IMG/VR virus record: IMGVR_UViG_3300028864_000016
Span: 1-64,000 of that record
Strand: one strand, 5' to 3'
Length of the DNA stretch: 64,000 nt
Every line of letters starts with the position of its first letter. Within the stretch, counting starts at the first letter, position 1. Positions 20,847 through 31,655 of this stretch are shown piece by piece. The notes beneath the pieces are model-generated. The model had not been told where the DNA came from. It did no database searches and saw nothing but the letters and a program-made list of their open reading frames with translations. The translations under genes and the position numbers were made by a program.

Positions 20847-22529
20847 TTAATTTATTATAGAATCTAATTTTTTGTGCAATCCTTGAAACCCACATTTTAA
20901 ATCATATGGATATATGTATAAATGTTTATACCCTACTTTCATCAATTCTCCATATTTTATATATTTCTTTTTCATTTTATCCATATAATACTGAACTCCC
21001 GTAGATTTACTAATATCACTATTATTATACATTCCCCAGTACTCTACAAGATACGTACCTTTATTTAAGCAAACTATCCAATCTGGAGTCATTCCATTAA
21101 TGATTATAGTATCTGGTCTATTTCGTTCATTATGTATTATATTACCCAATTTACTTCTTATCTGTTCATCTACTTGAGCTTCTTCTAAACTATCAAAGTT
21201 ACTTCTATATGGATTTACATTAAAGTCCAATTCTATAAATTTATTAGGATAGCAATCATTAATCCAATCAAATAAAGTATTATAACTTTTTTTCTTATAT
21301 AAAGCGTAATATAAAGGGCTGGCATTTTGATGTAATGCTGACTTTGTAACATACAAAGGTATTTTATCTATCGGAATATTTAAATCTTTCTCTATATAAT
21401 ATTTCATATCAAAAATCATATTGCCTTTGTTTTTATAATAATTAGTTGACTTCAATATAAATTTATATCCTGCAAATTTATTATTATAATATTTAACAAT
21501 AAATTCTAAGGCTGTCCAATTACCACCAGTAAATTGAGCTAACTTTGCTCCCATTAGTAGTTTTTCATAATCTTTAAATGTTAATATATCATCAATATGT
21601 ACATTATTTTCTTTAATGTATCTCTCAAATATATCTTTCCCCTCATCAAATGATAACTTGTCAATTGTATAATTAGGATATGACCAAGGTCTATTTTTGC
21701 AATCATTATTGCTAATGAGTTTGTTCAATTTTATATTGTCAATTTTATAAAATTTAAAATTAAAGTAATTTGTTATATAATCTTTATGTAATTGTTCCTT
21801 ATTTATTAAATTATTATCATAATACCATTGTATTATTTTTAATTCATTATCAAGACTACCTTTAAATTCAAAAGATTTATTATGGCAATATGTATTATAA
21901 AATTTTATTATGTCTTGTTTATATATATTAAATCCATCATTACCAAACGCTTTATAGATATTTCTAACATATGAGTTATTACATATAATAGGATATGTAC
22001 TAGTTTTGCAATTCTTACATCTATGAGTATAACCATCATCTACCCTATCATCTGGAAGAAAGAATTTATTATCTAAGGGAAACTTTCTCTCACATTTAAC
22101 ACAAGTATACCATTTTATATCTTCATTAATATGTTCAGACATATATTCTTCAATACAGTATTTCATGTAATCATCATATTCAACTTTTCTAACTATATCA
22201 TATTTATTCTCGCATCCAATATAATCACAAAATATATTATGTCTTTTTAATTTGTTAATATCCTTATTCTTATTTAATTTACATTCACTCAAATATTTAA
22301 TCCAACCATCTTTATTCATACAATTAGTCTCTTGTGGGCTTGTACCTTTAAAAGTATAATCAATAATATATCTTTTCACATAATACTCGTGTTTATTTTT
22401 TAAAATAGTAGGATTATAACTTTTTAATAGAAATTGCTCTACTACATACTTAATCGGATACCATTTCTCACCTCCTTCCTCACAATAAGGAATAATAACA
22501 CCGTCTAACTCAATTTGCTTGTCCTTCAT
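20847..22529 (-). CDS. Putative endonuclease/DNA-binding protein (antirepressor-like N-terminus, Zn finger, C-terminal PD-(D/E)xK-like domain)
   Basis: CVKC..CKNC Zn finger; TPDWIV...LVEYWGM...KKK. Confidence 0.6.
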   Translation of the reverse strand: MKDKQIELDGVIIPYCEEGGEKWYPIKYVVEQFLLKSYNPTILKNKHEYYVKRYIIDYTFKGTSPQETNCMNKDGWIKYLSECKLNKNKDINKLKRHNIFCDYIGCENKYDIVRKVEYDDYMKYCIEEYMSEHINEDIKWYTCVKCERKFPLDNKFFLPDDRVDDGYTHRCKNCKTSTYPIICNNSYVRNIYKAFGNDGFNIYKQDIIKFYNTYCHNKSFEFKGSLDNELKIIQWYYDNNLINKEQLHKDYITNYFNFKFYKIDNIKLNKLISNNDCKNRPWSYPNYTIDKLSFDEGKDIFERYIKENNVHIDDILTFKDYEKLLMGAKLAQFTGGNWTALEFIVKYYNNKFAGYKFILKSTNYYKNKGNMIFDMKYYIEKDLNIPIDKIPLYVTKSALHQNASPLYYALYKKKSYNTLFDWINDCYPNKFIELDFNVNPYRSNFDSLEEAQVDEQIRSKLGNIIHNERNRPDTIIINGMTPDWIVCLNKGTYLVEYWGMYNNSDISKSTGVQYYMDKMKKKYIKYGELMKVGYKHLYIYPYDLKCGFQGLHKKLDSIIN

Positions 22530-23374
22530 TTAACCACTCTCTTTCTTTATTATTTATATTAATTTATTAAGTTGTAAAAACCTTTTTTGAACAAATAGAA
22601 ATCTTGTCCGTCTATTATATTACAACTTTTACCATAGTGTGTCAACTATTTATATTAATTTGTTTAAACGTACTAATTCATCTAACATAAATCCATAAAA
22701 ATTTCCAATATAAATTCTAATCACTCTCTCGTCAATTCTCCCACTTTAAATTTAAACGCAACTACTATTACCTAAAATTCAAAATACCCTACTTACATTC
22801 AATGTATAAGCCTGTCTAAATTCTATATTTCAAATAAATAATTCAAACAAAAAAGAAACCATCTCAAACTAATAAAAGTTAAAGACAGTTTCTTAATAAG
22901 GGTTAGTGGTTAATATATCTAAAATATTAAAAACAAAAAAGTAATTGAGAATAGTATAATCTACACACTTAAATTATATACAATAACTCCAAGTATTACT
23001 ATAAGAAAATAATACCATTTAGAATTAATATATGACGTATGACCGAGTCCAATATAGGGAGGGGTATATTTTAAAAATTAGAATCTAAGTACCTATATAT
23101 ACTACACTAGGTTATCATTTATTTAGTATAATTCTAGTACATGATATTCATTATCTATTTCATAATTTTGAGTATGATACAAATTTTCAATTACTTGATT
23201 CATTTTATCTACATCGTCAATTTTAAATTCTTCATTTGGATAAGCTTTTTGAAAATCTCTTTTAAAAGCATCAAACATTACTATACTACCACTCATATAA
23301 AAACCTTCTTTCGTTTATGATATTGTTATCTTGTGTAATAAATTAATGTAATATTCAAGTTATTAAAAACTATT

Positions 23375-25687
23375 TTATCCTATCTTTGATGGCAACTTAG
23401 TTATAAATTTAGCATATCCATCACTTGTCTTTATAAGATTTAAACTATGGTATCTTTTTAAACTCTCTAAATCTTCTAATTCATAAGGATCAAGCTCCTC
23501 TTTCATTTCATAATAATTTTCCTTAGTACATCCTGCAATTAGCATATAACTTGTATTTGCACTCTTTAATTCTGGTCTAATATATTTTATTTGCTCAAGT
23601 GAATGACAACTTATGATAGGTTTACATGTCTTCTTTGCTATTTGATTAAGCTTAGTTTTAAGGAATGTTTGAGTTGTAGGAACTTGATATAATTCATCAA
23701 AGAATAAATTTACCTTAATTCTGTCTTCTTCCTTTATGATAGAATGACGTTGTTGTAATGCTCCCCAAATTTTATTCATCCAATAATTACAATATACATC
23801 ACGCTCTTCATCAGTACTAAACATTGTCTCTGGCATTCTAAGACATATCAATTGTGGTTTTTGTATTTCTTTTATTAGATTAATATTATGACTACAATCC
23901 TGTTTTAACATTAATTCCATATAGGTATTGCTTTTAATAGTATCTAGTCGGTTTAATATGCCTTGAATAAATGAAATCTTAGTTCCAATTACTTCAGATG
24001 GATCAGCTTTAGTACCCCTACTTTTATCATCTAATTCTTGTAATGCCAAAATATATTCTTCTAAATTTTCTAATTGATTCTTTGGTATTTTGTTCACAAA
24101 ATGTTCTCTAATTTTATAGTTTTCTAACACATTAAATACATCTTTAATACTACCTTTTTGAATAAATACAATTAATGATGAAGCCTTCAAATATCTATTC
24201 ATTCTCGGTTCTAATTCACTATTAATATTAATAGAATTGATATAGCTTACCAATTGTGATGTTTGCATTTTAGCACTTTTATATATTTCAAATTTATCAT
24301 TACTATTAGTAAATAGTTCATTGAATCCTAAACCCTGTAGTTTATTGAAATCTGATAAATCAATATTTAAAATTTTATTTTTATCTATAATATTTGTAAC
24401 ATCCTGAGAAAATTCGCACTCTCCACAGAAATCAAATAATATAACGCATTCTCCTCCAATTATAGAATCTCTTGCTAAATTTTTTAATAAGTTAGTTTTT
24501 CCACTTCTAGTTGGTGCAATTATACATAAAGTTAAATTTCGGAAATCTTTATCCGTAGATATATAAGCTTTTTGAGGTATACCCTTACAAATATTATCTC
24601 CTATACACATTATACCTTGTCTTAATTCCAAAGGAACTTCGGTTTCTGTATTTTCTATATGGTCAATTTTATAATCTTTTAATAATGTATCTGCTGGTAT
24701 TTGAATAAAGTTTTGACATTCATCACTACTACACATAGATATATCTGTTTTAAAATCGTAGTCTTCTATGTTTATATTATTTTTAACTTTTTTGTATACT
24801 AATTCATTATCTTCATCTAACACATGAAATGCTTGATTTACACTTAAAGCATTATTCTCTTGTCTAGTTCTATCAATACTTTCAGAGATAACTGCAATTT
24901 GAGTATTGATAATAGTAGCTTCCTTTTTAGATTTAGTTGCTTTAGATGTAGTAGTTTGTTCAGATAGAATAGACATAACTGATTTATATAGACTTACATC
25001 TTTATCAGAAGTATTTCCTCCGGTAAAATCATTCAAGACATCTAGTACACAATCTAATGTGGTTAATACAGTTCCTATAAGTGTTTTTACTATAAATTCA
25101 AATGATGTAGCTTTTTTTTCTAATGGTTTACTATCTTTAACTTTTTGCTCCATATCTTCATATCGTTCTCTCCAACCAATTTGAGTTATGGGCATAAAAT
25201 TATAAGCTATTCTCACCTTGTCCTGTTCCTGCATTATATCCATAACATTAATAATAGAGTTTAAAGGTTCATTACTTTTTTTATCAACAGTTAAAGATAA
25301 ACAGTCATTTTTTTTGTAGCTAAGTGAGTAAGTGGAAGAATTTAATGAAAATGTTGGTATTTCTTCCACTTCTTTTACTGTAGATTTATTCCATATTTCT
25401 GTAATTTTTTCTAATATAATAGATTTATAAACCGTTGGTACTAGAAAATAAAAACTAGCATTATTTTTTACTATATCTACAATATAACTTATTTTGAAAT
25501 TAGTTTCTAAAAATATCTTTTTTTGTTCTCTATGCACTCTTTTATTTATTGCTTTGTAGGTATGGCTGATAGCTTTAGCTATATTAGAACTATTGTAATT
25601 TCTAATACTCCTATGTGGCATTATTTGAATGTATGTGTAAGTCGGATTTATTAATTGAAAATAATTACTTAATTTCAAAACTTCCAT
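23375..25687 (-). CDS. VirB4/HerA-FtsK-family P-loop ATPase
   Basis: Walker A APTRSGKT, LFDFCGE, Walker B LFFDELYQ, ISCHSLEQ. Confidence 0.75.
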   Translation of the reverse strand: MEVLKLSNYFQLINPTYTYIQIMPHRSIRNYNSSNIAKAISHTYKAINKRVHREQKKIFLETNFKISYIVDIVKNNASFYFLVPTVYKSIILEKITEIWNKSTVKEVEEIPTFSLNSSTYSLSYKKNDCLSLTVDKKSNEPLNSIINVMDIMQEQDKVRIAYNFMPITQIGWRERYEDMEQKVKDSKPLEKKATSFEFIVKTLIGTVLTTLDCVLDVLNDFTGGNTSDKDVSLYKSVMSILSEQTTTSKATKSKKEATIINTQIAVISESIDRTRQENNALSVNQAFHVLDEDNELVYKKVKNNINIEDYDFKTDISMCSSDECQNFIQIPADTLLKDYKIDHIENTETEVPLELRQGIMCIGDNICKGIPQKAYISTDKDFRNLTLCIIAPTRSGKTNLLKNLARDSIIGGECVILFDFCGECEFSQDVTNIIDKNKILNIDLSDFNKLQGLGFNELFTNSNDKFEIYKSAKMQTSQLVSYINSININSELEPRMNRYLKASSLIVFIQKGSIKDVFNVLENYKIREHFVNKIPKNQLENLEEYILALQELDDKSRGTKADPSEVIGTKISFIQGILNRLDTIKSNTYMELMLKQDCSHNINLIKEIQKPQLICLRMPETMFSTDEERDVYCNYWMNKIWGALQQRHSIIKEEDRIKVNLFFDELYQVPTTQTFLKTKLNQIAKKTCKPIISCHSLEQIKYIRPELKSANTSYMLIAGCTKENYYEMKEELDPYELEDLESLKRYHSLNLIKTSDGYAKFITKLPSKIG

Positions 25688-25884
25688 TATTTTATCCCCA
25701 TTTTAATCGCTTGAGATAGTACATAAACAATAAAACTTATACTTGCAGTTCTTCCTGCTTTTTTAGAACCTGCCATGTAGAAAATTATTGCTATCATACA
25801 GACAAATAAACATATCCAGTAAGATGAACCTATTAGTCCCAAGGCTATATCCTTAAAAGTTGCAATTATTAAATCCTTTATCAT
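25687..25884 (-). CDS. Small membrane protein
   Basis: 65 aa with two hydrophobic segments, coupled to ATPase gene. Confidence 0.75.
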   Translation of the reverse strand: MIKDLIIATFKDIALGLIGSSYWICLFVCMIAIIFYMAGSKKAGRTASISFIVYVLSQAIKMGIK

Positions 25885-25885
25885 A

Positions 25886-26290
25886 TTAAAACGCTCCTTT
25901 CACTAAATCAAATAAATAAGGCATAAGGTATAAACTTGCATAAATCAATAGATATTTCATTATTATTTTTCCTATTTCAGCCGTATTATTTCCACCACGC
26001 ATACCTGTTTTAATTATATCTGTTAACGCTGATATTAATGCTATCCAATAACCAACTTTTCTTATTATATTTAAAAATGTATTCCCCAATGCATCAATAG
26101 ATCCAAGGTCAACTGCAAAAACATAGGTTGGATTACTAATTATAAATAAAGTTGTTGCAATTCCAATTACTAATTGTTTTTCGAATTTTCTACTATCTTT
26201 TATTCCTAAGTTTTCTAATTTTATATCGATTGTAGTTTTGCCACCATACTTCCAATCTAAAAATTGAGTACGATTCATTACTACTTCCAT
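25886..26290 (-). CDS. Membrane protein, VirB2/TrbC pilin-like topology
   Basis: Signal-like segment ending YVFA followed by two TM helices. Confidence 0.6.
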   Translation of the reverse strand: MEVVMNRTQFLDWKYGGKTTIDIKLENLGIKDSRKFEKQLVIGIATTLFIISNPTYVFAVDLGSIDALGNTFLNIIRKVGYWIALISALTDIIKTGMRGGNNTAEIGKIIMKYLLIYASLYLMPYLFDLVKGAF

Positions 26291-26362
26291 TAATAAATTC
26301 CTCCTGAATAATTATTTTGAATTTGGTTAGACTATAAATATTAAATTATAGGAGTTGATTTT

Positions 26363-26440
26363 ATGACAATACCATTTGCAATTACATTAGGATATACTAT
26401 CGCATACGGAGTTGCTTGTTTTGCAGTTTATTTTGGATAA
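26363..26440 (+). CDS. 25 aa hydrophobic peptide (not in ORF track)
   Basis: AGGAG RBS at 26350; MTIPFAITLGYTIAYGVACFAVYFG. Confidence 0.55.
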   Translation: MTIPFAITLGYTIAYGVACFAVYFG

Positions 26441-26542
26441 TATTAAATTTTTGTAACAATTTACTTTTTATTTTCATATACTTAGAGTGTACACGTACAT
26501 TCGAAGTTATTTGGATAAAGTCTACTCATTGATGGGGTAGGC

Positions 26543-26707
26543 TTATTTTTGGGGATATTCAGGAGTTTTTAGTTCTTTTCCTTCAATTAAAACCTGATAT
26601 AATATAGTTTTTATTGTTTCAGATTTTTCTTCAAGATTCTTTATTGCTAGGTAAAGTTCTGTATCTTTTGTAGTATTTTTATACGAAAATGTTGTTTGTC
26701 TATTCAT
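26543..26707 (-). CDS. 54 aa putative ribbon-helix-helix DNA-binding protein (not in ORF track)
   Basis: MNRQTTFSYKNTTKDTELYLAIKNLEEKSETIKTILY; GAAAGG RBS. Confidence 0.55.
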   Translation of the reverse strand: MNRQTTFSYKNTTKDTELYLAIKNLEEKSETIKTILYQVLIEGKELKTPEYPQK

Positions 26708-26902
26708 ACTTAAATTTTCCTTTCATACTTCTTATACTAATATTTTATGTAATACTTAATAAAGTGTTACTAAATTTATCAATACTTTTACCAAAACTTA
26801 CTAAAAAACATTGAATTTTACATAATTATCAGTAGTTTTTATTAAAAAAGGTATAAAAATAGCACCTACTCTATTTTACTAAAGTAGGTGCTTGGACTTT
26901 AG

Positions 26903-27988
26903 TTATCTTTTGAAATCATTCATTGCTCTACTAAATAAATTATCTATATCATCATCATCTATAATATCTTCAAATTTAGTCTCTTCTATAGTTTCAGATT
27001 TTTCATTAGTTTTAGTGTTGTTAGTATGTTTGGATTTAAAAGAAAAACCACGATTTTTATTTTTTCCTTTTTTTAATTCTCTTTCTGTTAATTCTGATTC
27101 AATGTCTTCTATATCGTCATTTGGAGTTTCACAACCACCAAGACAAATTAAGTTACTTTTTCCATAAGTTTTAAACATTGTTTTATCAGCATTTATTAAT
27201 TCAAGTATATCTGCTATATTGTATTTTTCTGTAACATTTATAGCTCCATACTCACAGTCTAAATCATTTGGCAGTGCAAATACACTTTTTTCTTGAGCTT
27301 CACTTATTGCATCCTCTAATGAACTATAATTAGTTGGTAATTGCAATACAATTCCATATCCTTTAGACGTAGTAACATTAGTTAAATTATCCTCATCTAT
27401 ACTACCAATTGCATCATGTCCTAACATACTATAGGATTTATTTATTAATTTAATTGATTCAGTATTAATTTCTTCATATGTGTCACGTTTGTTATTATTA
27501 ATAAATTTTATATCATTAATTAAATTAGATATTTCTGATAATTCTTCACAACATTCTAAAGCATTTTTTAATTGTAAGTTGTCTTCCTTAAGACTTGGCA
27601 AAACTCCAACAACATTAATTATCATATTAGGAAATATCTTTTTAATAGTTCTTATAAATTCAGGTACAGTACCTGATCCAGTCCCTCCACCCATTGCCGT
27701 GAATATTAAAATATATTTAAACTGAGCATATTTTTTTAAAAAAGAAGCTAATCTAACTTGGTCATTTAATATAAATTTATTTGCTCTTTCTCTATTTCTT
27801 CCTGACCCGTCTGCTCCACCATAAATAAAAACATTACTATCAATATCAGCAAAACGAAGTCCTTTTATATCTCCTAAACTTGAATTAATATAAATACTTG
27901 TATATCTTTCATTTACTGTTCTCATTAAATCTGCTAATACATTACCACATTGCCCTAAACCAGCTATTAATAGATTATCACGTTTCAT
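26903..27988 (-). CDS. tubZ: Tubulin/FtsZ-family partition GTPase TubZ
   Basis: GLGQCGN, GADGSGRNR, tubulin signature GGGTGSG, T7-like IDEDN, basic/acidic tail; terminator 26858-26891. Confidence 0.88.
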   Translation of the reverse strand: MKRDNLLIAGLGQCGNVLADLMRTVNERYTSIYINSSLGDIKGLRFADIDSNVFIYGGADGSGRNRERANKFILNDQVRLASFLKKYAQFKYILIFTAMGGGTGSGTVPEFIRTIKKIFPNMIINVVGVLPSLKEDNLQLKNALECCEELSEISNLINDIKFINNNKRDTYEEINTESIKLINKSYSMLGHDAIGSIDEDNLTNVTTSKGYGIVLQLPTNYSSLEDAISEAQEKSVFALPNDLDCEYGAINVTEKYNIADILELINADKTMFKTYGKSNLICLGGCETPNDDIEDIESELTERELKKGKNKNRGFSFKSKHTNNTKTNEKSETIEETKFEDIIDDDDIDNLFSRAMNDFKR

Positions 27989-28266
27989 TATTTAACATCT
28001 CCCTTTTTACTATATATTTCTTTTAATCTTTCTACACCTTTAGGTAGGATATAATAAGTTTTTGTATTCACCAATTTTACACCTTCAGCTATTAGTTCAT
28101 ATTCCATTAAAGCATTTAATGCACGATTTACTGTGCTTGAACTTAAATTTATTTTTTTAGCTATCATATCTTTTGTCATTCCCCTAGCTTCACATAAACC
28201 TAAGTCGTCTTGCTTGTTCCTAACAGCACTTAATACTAAAAATGAGTTACTGTTTAAAATAGACAC
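27988..28266 (-). CDS. tubR: Winged-helix centromere-binding protein TubR
   Basis: HTH IAKKINLSSSTVNRALNAL with wing KTYYI; coupled upstream of tubZ. Confidence 0.75.
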   Translation of the reverse strand: MSILNSNSFLVLSAVRNKQDDLGLCEARGMTKDMIAKKINLSSSTVNRALNALMEYELIAEGVKLVNTKTYYILPKGVERLKEIYSKKGDVK

Positions 28267-28353
28267 TTGGTAATACCTCCTTCATATGTTCGTATTTCTA
28301 TTATATTCAAGTTATTATCAAAATGCAACCATAACTTTTTAAATATTATTATA

Positions 28354-28443
28354 TCTATTCATGTATTAGTCATTACTATTCATAAAATAGTCAAATTAAC
28401 CTATTAACTATTCATGTTTTGACTACTTTGTGAATAGTAATGA
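28354..28443. repeat. Candidate tubC centromere/TubR operator
   Basis: 26 bp inverted repeat 28370-28395/28418-28443 (2 mismatches) and repeated CTATTCA units upstream of tubR. Confidence 0.6.
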
Positions 28444-28552
28444 TATTTATTAGAATTTTTATAGTTTTATATAAAATTATTTGGATATTACAAGAATTTA
28501 TATGATTAATATATAGTTATTGTATAATTTATGTGATAATTATTTGAATAAT

Positions 28553-28745
28553 TAAATTAAACTAAACTAAAATTACCAATATATTAAATTAAACTAAATT
28601 AAATATTTAATAGTTATAATGTAAATTAAACTAATACATCTAAACTTTTAAACTAATGTAATGTTATAATTTTACTAAATTAAAGTCAATTAATTTCTTT
28701 ACTTTAATTTAATTATATGTTATTTTTATATTAATTTAGTTTAAT
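28553..28745 (+). repeat. TAAATTAAACTAA repeats upstream of tubY
   Basis: Copies at 28553, 28585, 28622 plus partial inverted copy 28734-28745. Confidence 0.6.
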
Positions 28746-28760
28746 AGGGAGGTATTATTA

Positions 28761-29459
28761 ATGAATTTTGATGATGTTTCTTATGTAGGTGTGCCAGATG
28801 ATTCTGAATGTATAAAAAATGCCGTTCAAATAGGTAAAGAATTAGATATACCACCTCATGTAATACGTTCATGGGCTGATGAATTTGAAGAGTTTTTATA
28901 TGTAAAGAAGATAAATGGTAGACTAACGTATACTCAAAAATCAGTAGATCAGTTTGAATGGATAAAAGCTATGCGTGATAAGGGATATGGTATAAAACAT
29001 ATTAGAGAACAATTAAAAGTAAAAGGTTTTACTGATAATAATGATTTAGGCTTAATAAATACCAATGATATTAGTTTAATGGAGTCAATACGAACAGATG
29101 TGGGAATCGAAGTTAAAAATCAATTGAAAGATTTTTTAATGGAATTTAAAAATTTACAAGAACAAATTGAATTGCAAAAAGAAGAAAGTAGAAAAATAGA
29201 ATTAGAATTGGTAATTGATGAGCATAATCAAATGTCTGAAGAAAATATGAAAAAACACATTGATGAAAAGATACTAAATCAAAGTAGCTTAATAAAAAAT
29301 GAGTTTGAAAAAATCAAAGAAAGAGATGTAACCTTAGTTGAAAACTTAAGAGAAACACTTAAAGATGAGAAGATTAAAGCTTTGGAATTTGAAATAGAAC
29401 AATTAAAAAATCAGCAACCAAAATCTTTTATATACAGAATATTCCATCTGAAGAAGTAA
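28761..29459 (+). CDS. tubY: MerR-like HTH/coiled-coil protein, TubY-like
   Basis: IGKELDIPPHVIRSWADEF HTH, coiled coil, C-terminal amphipathic KSFIYRIF; divergent from tubRZ. Confidence 0.7.
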   Translation: MNFDDVSYVGVPDDSECIKNAVQIGKELDIPPHVIRSWADEFEEFLYVKKINGRLTYTQKSVDQFEWIKAMRDKGYGIKHIREQLKVKGFTDNNDLGLINTNDISLMESIRTDVGIEVKNQLKDFLMEFKNLQEQIELQKEESRKIELELVIDEHNQMSEENMKKHIDEKILNQSSLIKNEFEKIKERDVTLVENLRETLKDEKIKALEFEIEQLKNQQPKSFIYRIFHLKK

Positions 29460-29629
29460 TTAAGTAACATAAATATAATATTGTCGATTAAGGAATTATA
29501 TTCTGACACTCTAACATGCTCTAGGAATAGAGATAGGAGTTTTAAGGTAATAGTTGTTGTCTTAAGATTTGAAGGCTTAGAAGTTACGATAAGGTGGTTT
29601 TAGTCAAAGGAATAATTATAAGCTATTTT

Positions 29630-30052
29630 AGTCGGTATTCAATCCAATTATTATTTAGATTTCTATTTTATAATGACTAAATACCGACTTACTATTTTAG
29701 GAACAGAAAAGAGAAGAGTTGTGTTGTTTTATTCCTTTTTAGTGAATAGTCTAAAGACTATTTTAAGAAGAGAATAGTTTAAATAGAATATAGGGGGCTG
29801 AAAACAATTGGTATAAGACACTTTGAAGTGCATTCGGTCGGTAATCAATCTACTATTGGTCGGTATTTTATCTGTTAGTAATGTGTTAGTAGTCGGTATT
29901 TTATCTATGTATAGTCGGTATTTTATCTATACAATGTCGGCATTTTATCATATAATATTACTTATAAACACCTAGATTCAACATAAACTGTGGAAAACTT
30001 ACGCAACATATTGATATTATCGTAATTTTATTGTGGATAAACTTGTGGAAAA
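29630..30052 (+). promoter_or_regulatory. Iteron-type replication origin with DnaA boxes
   Basis: 15 bp iterons RGTCGGTATTTTATC at 29836, 29858, 29891, 29913, 29935 (22/33 bp spacing) plus 29630 and inverted 29675; TGTGGATAA 30032-30040, TGTGGAAAA 29989 and 30044. Confidence 0.85.
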
Positions 30053-30062
30053 GGAGATTCTT

Positions 30063-31379
30063 ATGGGTAAATCTAGTAGCAAAAATAAAGAAGCATTTAA
30101 ATCAGTAATTGGAAAAACTAAAGTCATAAAATTAAGGAATGGTGAATCTATAATGGACGGAAACTCAGTTCAAACTCCATTTTTAGCACCATATCGAATT
30201 GCAAAAGATGATAAAGGAAAGCCTATGCCAATAACATTTGTTGAATATGAATGGACTGCTATTGAAGATGGTGTAGAAATAAAAAGGGGAATTGAAGTTA
30301 GTGGTCATGGTGCGTTAGGTGTACCTACCTTAAAAGACAAAGAGACTTTAAGAGCATTACAGGACATTTATGTATGGAGTAAAATAGATAAAGGTATACT
30401 AGAATTAGAAATAGATGAAAGCAAGGTTACTGAGTCTGACTTGATGATAGATTTTATTTCTATAGATAATATAGCGACCTCATTAGGATATAATAGTACT
30501 AGTGGGCAACAAAGAAGTGCTATCAAGGAATCTATTGAAAGATTGGTAGGTACAAAAATATCTAGCAAACACCATGGAGGATTATATGATCCAGTAAAAA
30601 AGAGATATATTACCGACTCAAAAAAAACTTTTAGTTATTTAGATAGTATGGAAAATTATATTGAATATGATTGTGATAATTGCTTATATTTTAATGGTTG
30701 TCATAGGAATACTGACAATTGTTTAAATGAAGAACATCAGAGAAAAGACGTTACTAAAATCAAAATGAGTATGTTTTTATATCTTAGTATAGCTAATAAT
30801 TATAGACTTTATTATAATAGAGATAAAGCTAATGAAATCAAAAATCTAATTTCTAAAAATATATATTTAATTTCTCGTAAATGGCTAGGAGACGGGTATA
30901 TATCTAGGGCTAATATACAAAAGTATATGGATAGAATACCTATGAATGCTAAACAGGAGAAACATAGAAAGCAAGCTATTAAAGAAGGTATAGATATTTT
31001 AAATGAATATGATTTTGTTGAATCTTCTATTGAAAAGGATATAATTAAGATTGTTCATTTGGATAAAAAACCGACTAAATTTAAAGAAGTCGCTTTGGAT
31101 AAAATGCCGACTAAAGATAGTAGTTATTTTAAAGATAGATACTGTACTTTTAGTGAACTAAGAGAAGGACTATTAGAAATAGGAATTACTGAATTGGAAT
31201 TTAGTAGTATTGTAGATGGTAATATTGAGAAAATAGAATATATCAAGGCTTTACTTAGATATGTGATGCTAAAAAATGCGTATAATAAAAATATAGATCC
31301 AAGGGAGTATTTTTTGAATTGTTGGTATAAAGAAGGTGGGATTACCATTGATAAGAAATATTATGATGAAATTAATTAA
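30063..31379 (+). CDS. Plasmid-type replication initiator protein
   Basis: Adjacent to iterons; GVPT..D...L.AL and IA..LGY...G...IKESIERL pattern of RepA-like winged helix; ATG 30063 has AAGGAG RBS. Confidence 0.75.
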   Translation: MGKSSSKNKEAFKSVIGKTKVIKLRNGESIMDGNSVQTPFLAPYRIAKDDKGKPMPITFVEYEWTAIEDGVEIKRGIEVSGHGALGVPTLKDKETLRALQDIYVWSKIDKGILELEIDESKVTESDLMIDFISIDNIATSLGYNSTSGQQRSAIKESIERLVGTKISSKHHGGLYDPVKKRYITDSKKTFSYLDSMENYIEYDCDNCLYFNGCHRNTDNCLNEEHQRKDVTKIKMSMFLYLSIANNYRLYYNRDKANEIKNLISKNIYLISRKWLGDGYISRANIQKYMDRIPMNAKQEKHRKQAIKEGIDILNEYDFVESSIEKDIIKIVHLDKKPTKFKEVALDKMPTKDSSYFKDRYCTFSELREGLLEIGITELEFSSIVDGNIEKIEYIKALLRYVMLKNAYNKNIDPREYFLNCWYKEGGITIDKKYYDEIN

Positions 31380-31543
31380 GTCGGTAATCAATCGGAATTT
31401 CATGTGTCGGTATTTAATCTAAGAAAAATATAAATAAAAGGACTAAATTTAATAGTCTTTTTATTTATAAAAAAAGAATTGATTTGAAATAAATTAAAGA
31501 AAATAATATTTGACATTTACATATAAAAGGAGTAATATATAAG

Positions 31544-31650
31544 TAAGGGATAGTTTAGACTGATCATCTAAATAAAAGACGTTTTAATCAACCTACGTTT
31601 TCCCTTATTCGTAAATAGGTTGATAATAAATTAAACAAGAAAGGTTGATT
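31544..31650 (+). promoter_or_regulatory. Three-way-junction leader with anti-RBS loop upstream of endonuclease gene
   Basis: Promoter TTGACA-17-TAATAT; stems P1-P3; loop AATCAACCT complementary to AGGTTGAT at 31617 and 31642 (RBS). Confidence 0.65.
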
Positions 31651-31655
31651 TAAAA

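Noticed and set aside
23375-26290. Complete conjugation system
   Set aside because: No relaxase, coupling protein, VirB6/VirB8-like or cell-wall hydrolase genes seen in the window
26903-27988. Host cell-division ftsZ
   Set aside because: Divergent sequence, no dcw context, coupled to a winged-helix gene beside a replicon
29630-29949. Regularly spaced repeats as a CRISPR array
   Set aside because: 15 bp units with 7-18 bp gaps, next to DnaA boxes and rep, no cas genes: these are iterons
30033-30062. GTG start of rep given by the ORF track
   Set aside because: It lies in DnaA boxes; ATG 30063 has a proper RBS
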